The position numbers and the translations under genes were made by a program. Under the pieces are notes generated by a model. That model was given only the letters and a program-made list of their open reading frames with translations, was not told the origin of the DNA and did not search any database. Below are positions 60,430-64,000 of a stretch of DNA of 64,000 nucleotides, piece by piece. How positions within the stretch are numbered: position 1 is the first letter of the stretch; every line of letters begins with the position of its first letter. This DNA comes from Mobula hypostoma (Eukaryota). The stretch is taken from assembly GCF_963921235.1 (NCBI RefSeq), contig NC_086101.1:5334001-5398000 (forward strand), written 5' to 3'.

Positions 60430-61760
60430 ACAGTACTCAGTATATCATGGTACAGGTGCCCTCAGCTGTATACAATGTATACCAGACACAGTCACTGTGA
60501 GCTGTGCACATTGCACCCCAGCATACAGGCGCAATGACCTCTAGACACCTCTGGGTACAGGTGCACTGAGTTCTACAAATTGTATCCCAGGCTACAGACA
60601 CACTGAGTTGCATACATTGTATCCCAGGGTTTATGTTTACTGACCTGTATATAGTGTATCCCCGGGTACAGGTGCAGCAATCTGTATACATTGTATCCCA
60701 GGGTACATGTGTACTGACCTGTAAACATTGTACCACAAGGTACAGGTGCACTGAGCTGTATACATTGTATGCATTGTTAAGGTATACAGAGCTGTATACA
60801 TGGTATCACAGGGTACAGGTGCACCAATCTGTATACATTGTATCCCAGGCTACAGACACACTGAGCTGTATACATTGTATCACAGTGTACATGCGCACCA
60901 ATCTGTATACATTGTATCCCTGGGTACAGGAGTACTGACCTGTAAACATTGTATCACAAGATACAGGTACACTGAGCTGCATACATTGTATCCCAGGCTA
61001 CAGACACACTGAGCTGTATACATTGTATCACAGGGTACGGGTGTATTGAGCTGTATACATTGTATCCCAGTATACAAACACACTGAGCTGTATACATTGT
61101 ATCACAGGGTACAGATGTTCTGAGCTGTATACAATGTATCCCAGTGTACAAACACACTGAGCTGTATACAATGTATCCCAGTATACAAACACACTGAGCT
61201 GTATACATTGTATTCCAGGGTACAGAACACACTGAGCTGTATACATTGTATCACAGCATACAGGTGTACTGAGCTGTATACAATGTATCCCAGTGTACAA
61301 ACACACTGAGCTGTATACATGGTATCCCAGGCTACAGGCACACTGAGCTGTATACATTGTATCACAAGATACAGGTACACTGAGCTGCATACAATGTATC
61401 CCAGGCTACAGACACACTGAGCTGTATACATTGTATCACAGCGTACAGGTGTACTGAGCTGTATACATTGTATTCCAGTATACAAACACACTGAGCTGTA
61501 TACATGGTATCCCAGGCTACAGGCGCACTGAGCTGCATACATTGTATCACAAGATACAGGTACACTGAGCTGCATACAATGTATCCCAGGCTACAGACAC
61601 ACTGGCCTGTATACATTGTATCACAGGGTACAGGTATACTGAGCTGTATACAATGTATCCCAGGCTACAGACACACTAAGCTATATGCATTGTATCCCAG
61701 GGTACAGGCGGATTGAACTGTATACAAATAGACTTGTATAGGTTGCATCCCTGGATATGG
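60430..61760. repeat. Minisatellite, about 37-39-bp unit CACTGAGCTGTATACATTGTATCCCAGGCTACAGACA
   Basis: About 35 variant copies. Confidence 0.9.
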
Positions 61761-62392
61761 GTGCAATTTGCTGTATATACTGGAGCTGATGCTCTGTCCT
61801 ATATCACTTTGACATGTACTGACAGCCACTGCCCAACGGTACACAGAGCAAGGTGTGTCCGTTGGCTGGCAGTTCACAATGAAGCAATGGTGTGGTGATT
61901 ATGTTGCCTGCAACTGATGTTTATTTGCCACAATTATGCAATAGGACAGGGAGAGGTGGCCCACAACCAAGTACGCAGCAGGAGCCAAGTGCCAGCACTG
62001 AAGCTGATCCTAAACCTGCTGGAATTTTGGGGAAAAGAACAGTTATCAGAGACTGGTGTGGTTTGGAGCTGGGACATCCCAAACCTGGCACCAAAGGGCC
62101 CCGAGGCCAAATTGCACCACAAACGGTTAATGCTGAGAGAGTGGGACTGATGGAAAGAGGGGGGAGGGGGGGAAGGATGGAGAAAGGTGGGAGAGGGGAG
62201 AATTTGAAGTACCTACTTATTCATCAATACGGTTTGAGATTTTGGTGCACTGTAAGTTGTAACTGAGCTCGAAGCCCAGGTTATCAGGTAGCCAGGATTT
62301 CTCAGGGAAGAGACGAGGAAGTATCTACATTGAAGAGATATTTCCATGGGAAGGGGTTTGAGGGCAGCTGCTCGCTGACTGTGGCCTGGTAC

Positions 62393-62692
62393 CTGTGGTG
62401 CTGATGACGATGGACAGGGGGTCAGTGCGGCGGCCCCCAGATGCGCCGTGGATGTAGACGGTGTACTTGGTGCTGGGCTGGAGACCCAGGATGACGTAGG
62501 AGCGTCGGTTGCCAGCGACCCGGATCTTCCGTACGCGCTCGGACCCCTGCGCCCTGTATTGAATGACGAAGGAGTCGAAGCGCCTGCGGGCCGACCACGA
62601 CAGTCCCAGCGAGTCGGCCGTCATGTTGGAGACGGAGAGGCTGCCCAGAGCCTGCAGGTGGCCCAGCCTCGTGCCTTCCTGAACGATGGAAG
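62393..62692 (-). CDS. TNXB: Tenascin-X single-exon FNIII repeat (300 bp); most 5' exon seen in the window
   Basis: ASIVQEGTRLGHLQALGSLSVSNMTADSLGLSWSARRRFDSFVIQY...GLQPSTKYTVYIHG...; CTGCAG acceptor, GTACCA donor; phase 1-1. Confidence 0.88.
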
Positions 62693-62749
62693 CTGCAGGC
62701 AGAAGGTGAGTAGGAAGAGGGAGGGTGGAAGGTGAGACGGTCAGTGTAT

Positions 62750-63232
62750 GCCGGGCTGCGTGACAGCCTAGCCGCTAGCACAAGCACTTTACAGAGACAG
62801 CGATCACTGATCGGGGATCAATTGCCACTGCTGTCTGTAAGGAGTTTGTACGTTCTCCCCATGACCACGTGGGTTTCCTCAGAGGGCTCTGGTTTCCTCC
62901 CACAATCCAAAAGTGTACGGGTTAGGGTTAGGGTTAGTAAGATGCACAGGTTAGGGCTAGTAAGATGTACAGGTTAGGGTCAGTAATATGTACTGGTTAG
63001 CATCAGTAATATGTACGGGTTAGAGTTAGGGTCAGTAAGGTGTATGGGTTAGGGTTAGTAAGATGTATGGGTTAGGATCAGAGTTACTAAGATGTACAGG
63101 TTAGGGTTGGGGTTAGTAAGATATATGGGTTAGGTTAGGGTTAGTAAGATGTATGAGTTAGGGTTAGGGTTAGTAAGATGTACGGGTTAGGGTTAGGGTT
63201 AGTAAGATGTATGGGTTAGGGTTAGGGTTAGC
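62750..63232 (+). repeat. V-SINE followed by an expanded TTAGGG-containing tandem tail
   Basis: V-domain GGAGTTTGTACGTTCTCCCC...GGTTTCCTCCCACAATCCAAA, then (GGGTTAGGGTTAGTAAGATGTAC)n from about 62915. Confidence 0.75.
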
Positions 63233-64000
63233 TTTAGTATGCTGTGGACTATCTATTTATTTAACAAAAAGCGTGGAGTAGATCCTACAGCCCTTCGGGC
63301 TGAGCCACTCCAGCATCCCCCGCAAGCCCGATTTGACTCTAACCTAACCCCAGGACAAATTACAACGACTAATTAATCTATCCAGTGCAGTGGAAGGAAA
63401 CTGAAGCACCTGGAGAAAACCCAAGCATTCCACAGGGAGGACATACAGCCTCCTTACAGAGGATGCTGGGAATGAACTCTGAACTCCGACGCCCCGAGCT
63501 GCAATCGCTCACTCTAATCGCTAAGCTACCACAGCGCCCGTTGCTGCTGGAAGCATATCGACACTTGGCGGCTGCCCCCAGCACGAAACCGGACCGTGTT
63601 GGTCATTGACATATAAAAGACGCATTTCAGAGCGTGTTTACTTTGTGTGAGGCAATTAAAGGTAATCTTTATCTTTAACCTGCATTTCTGCAGTGCTTGT
63701 CCAGAGAACTCAGGGAAGGATGCCTCGCTTGTAGGCTGCATGGTGTCTACCCTGCACCCAACTCAGCAATTGCTCCCTTCGGCCAGTGGCGTGGCAATGA
63801 GAAGAGAGTTGTTTATCCACTGACATGGGTCAGAGGAGAAATCATTGGTGCGGGAGACATCAAGGACTAGGCCAGACAAGATGCCCAGGAGAAATCCTCT
63901 CAGTTTCTGGAGCTGCCTCAGTACGGGGGCCCGTCCTGGAATATCATTCCAAGTGGTGGGGGGGGGGCAAGGTAGTATAGGGACCCTTCACCTCTGACCA

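Noticed and set aside
29135..62692. Assignment of the tenascin to TNC, TNR or TNN
   Set aside because: Fibrinogen-globe motifs (IPFP, LNGN.ERP, VFQRRM, VDLRAG.E, CAVSYRG.WWY, DHQGV, WKGFEFS) and the single-exon FNIII repeats with linkers fit TNX better; a phylogeny is still needed.

Overview
Vertebrate genomic DNA, very repeat-rich. The repeat content (CR1 LINEs with (TTTCTATG)n tails, HE1/V-SINE cores, Penelope-like fragments) suggests a cartilaginous fish, probably a ray; this is inference. Two host genes are supported. (1) The 3' part of a tenascin gene on the minus strand (29135-62692, continuing beyond the window), with 13 coding exons traced through GT/AG junctions in consistent phase: four single-exon FNIII repeats, two split FNIII repeats and a five-exon fibrinogen globe whose diagnostic residues match tenascin-X (TNXB). 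(2) A compact plus-strand neuropeptide gene, convergent with TNXB: TATA box, non-coding exon 1, a 401-bp intron and a 138-aa precursor (15100-15516) with a signal peptide, an RR cleavage site and a 26-residue peptide ending GGFRFRF-GK, i.e. a QRFP/26RFa-family peptide. Its position next to TNXB, an MHC class III marker, suggests an MHC-linked QRFP paralogue; this is the main finding. The rest is transposable elements (one CR1 with an intact ORF2, nested insertions, solo LTRs, an ERV 5' end with a tRNA-Pro primer-binding site, Tx1, Rex1, RTE, Harbinger, Penelope-like elements with hammerhead-ribozyme motifs) and many minisatellites. Family assignments come from motif recognition only; no database searches were run.
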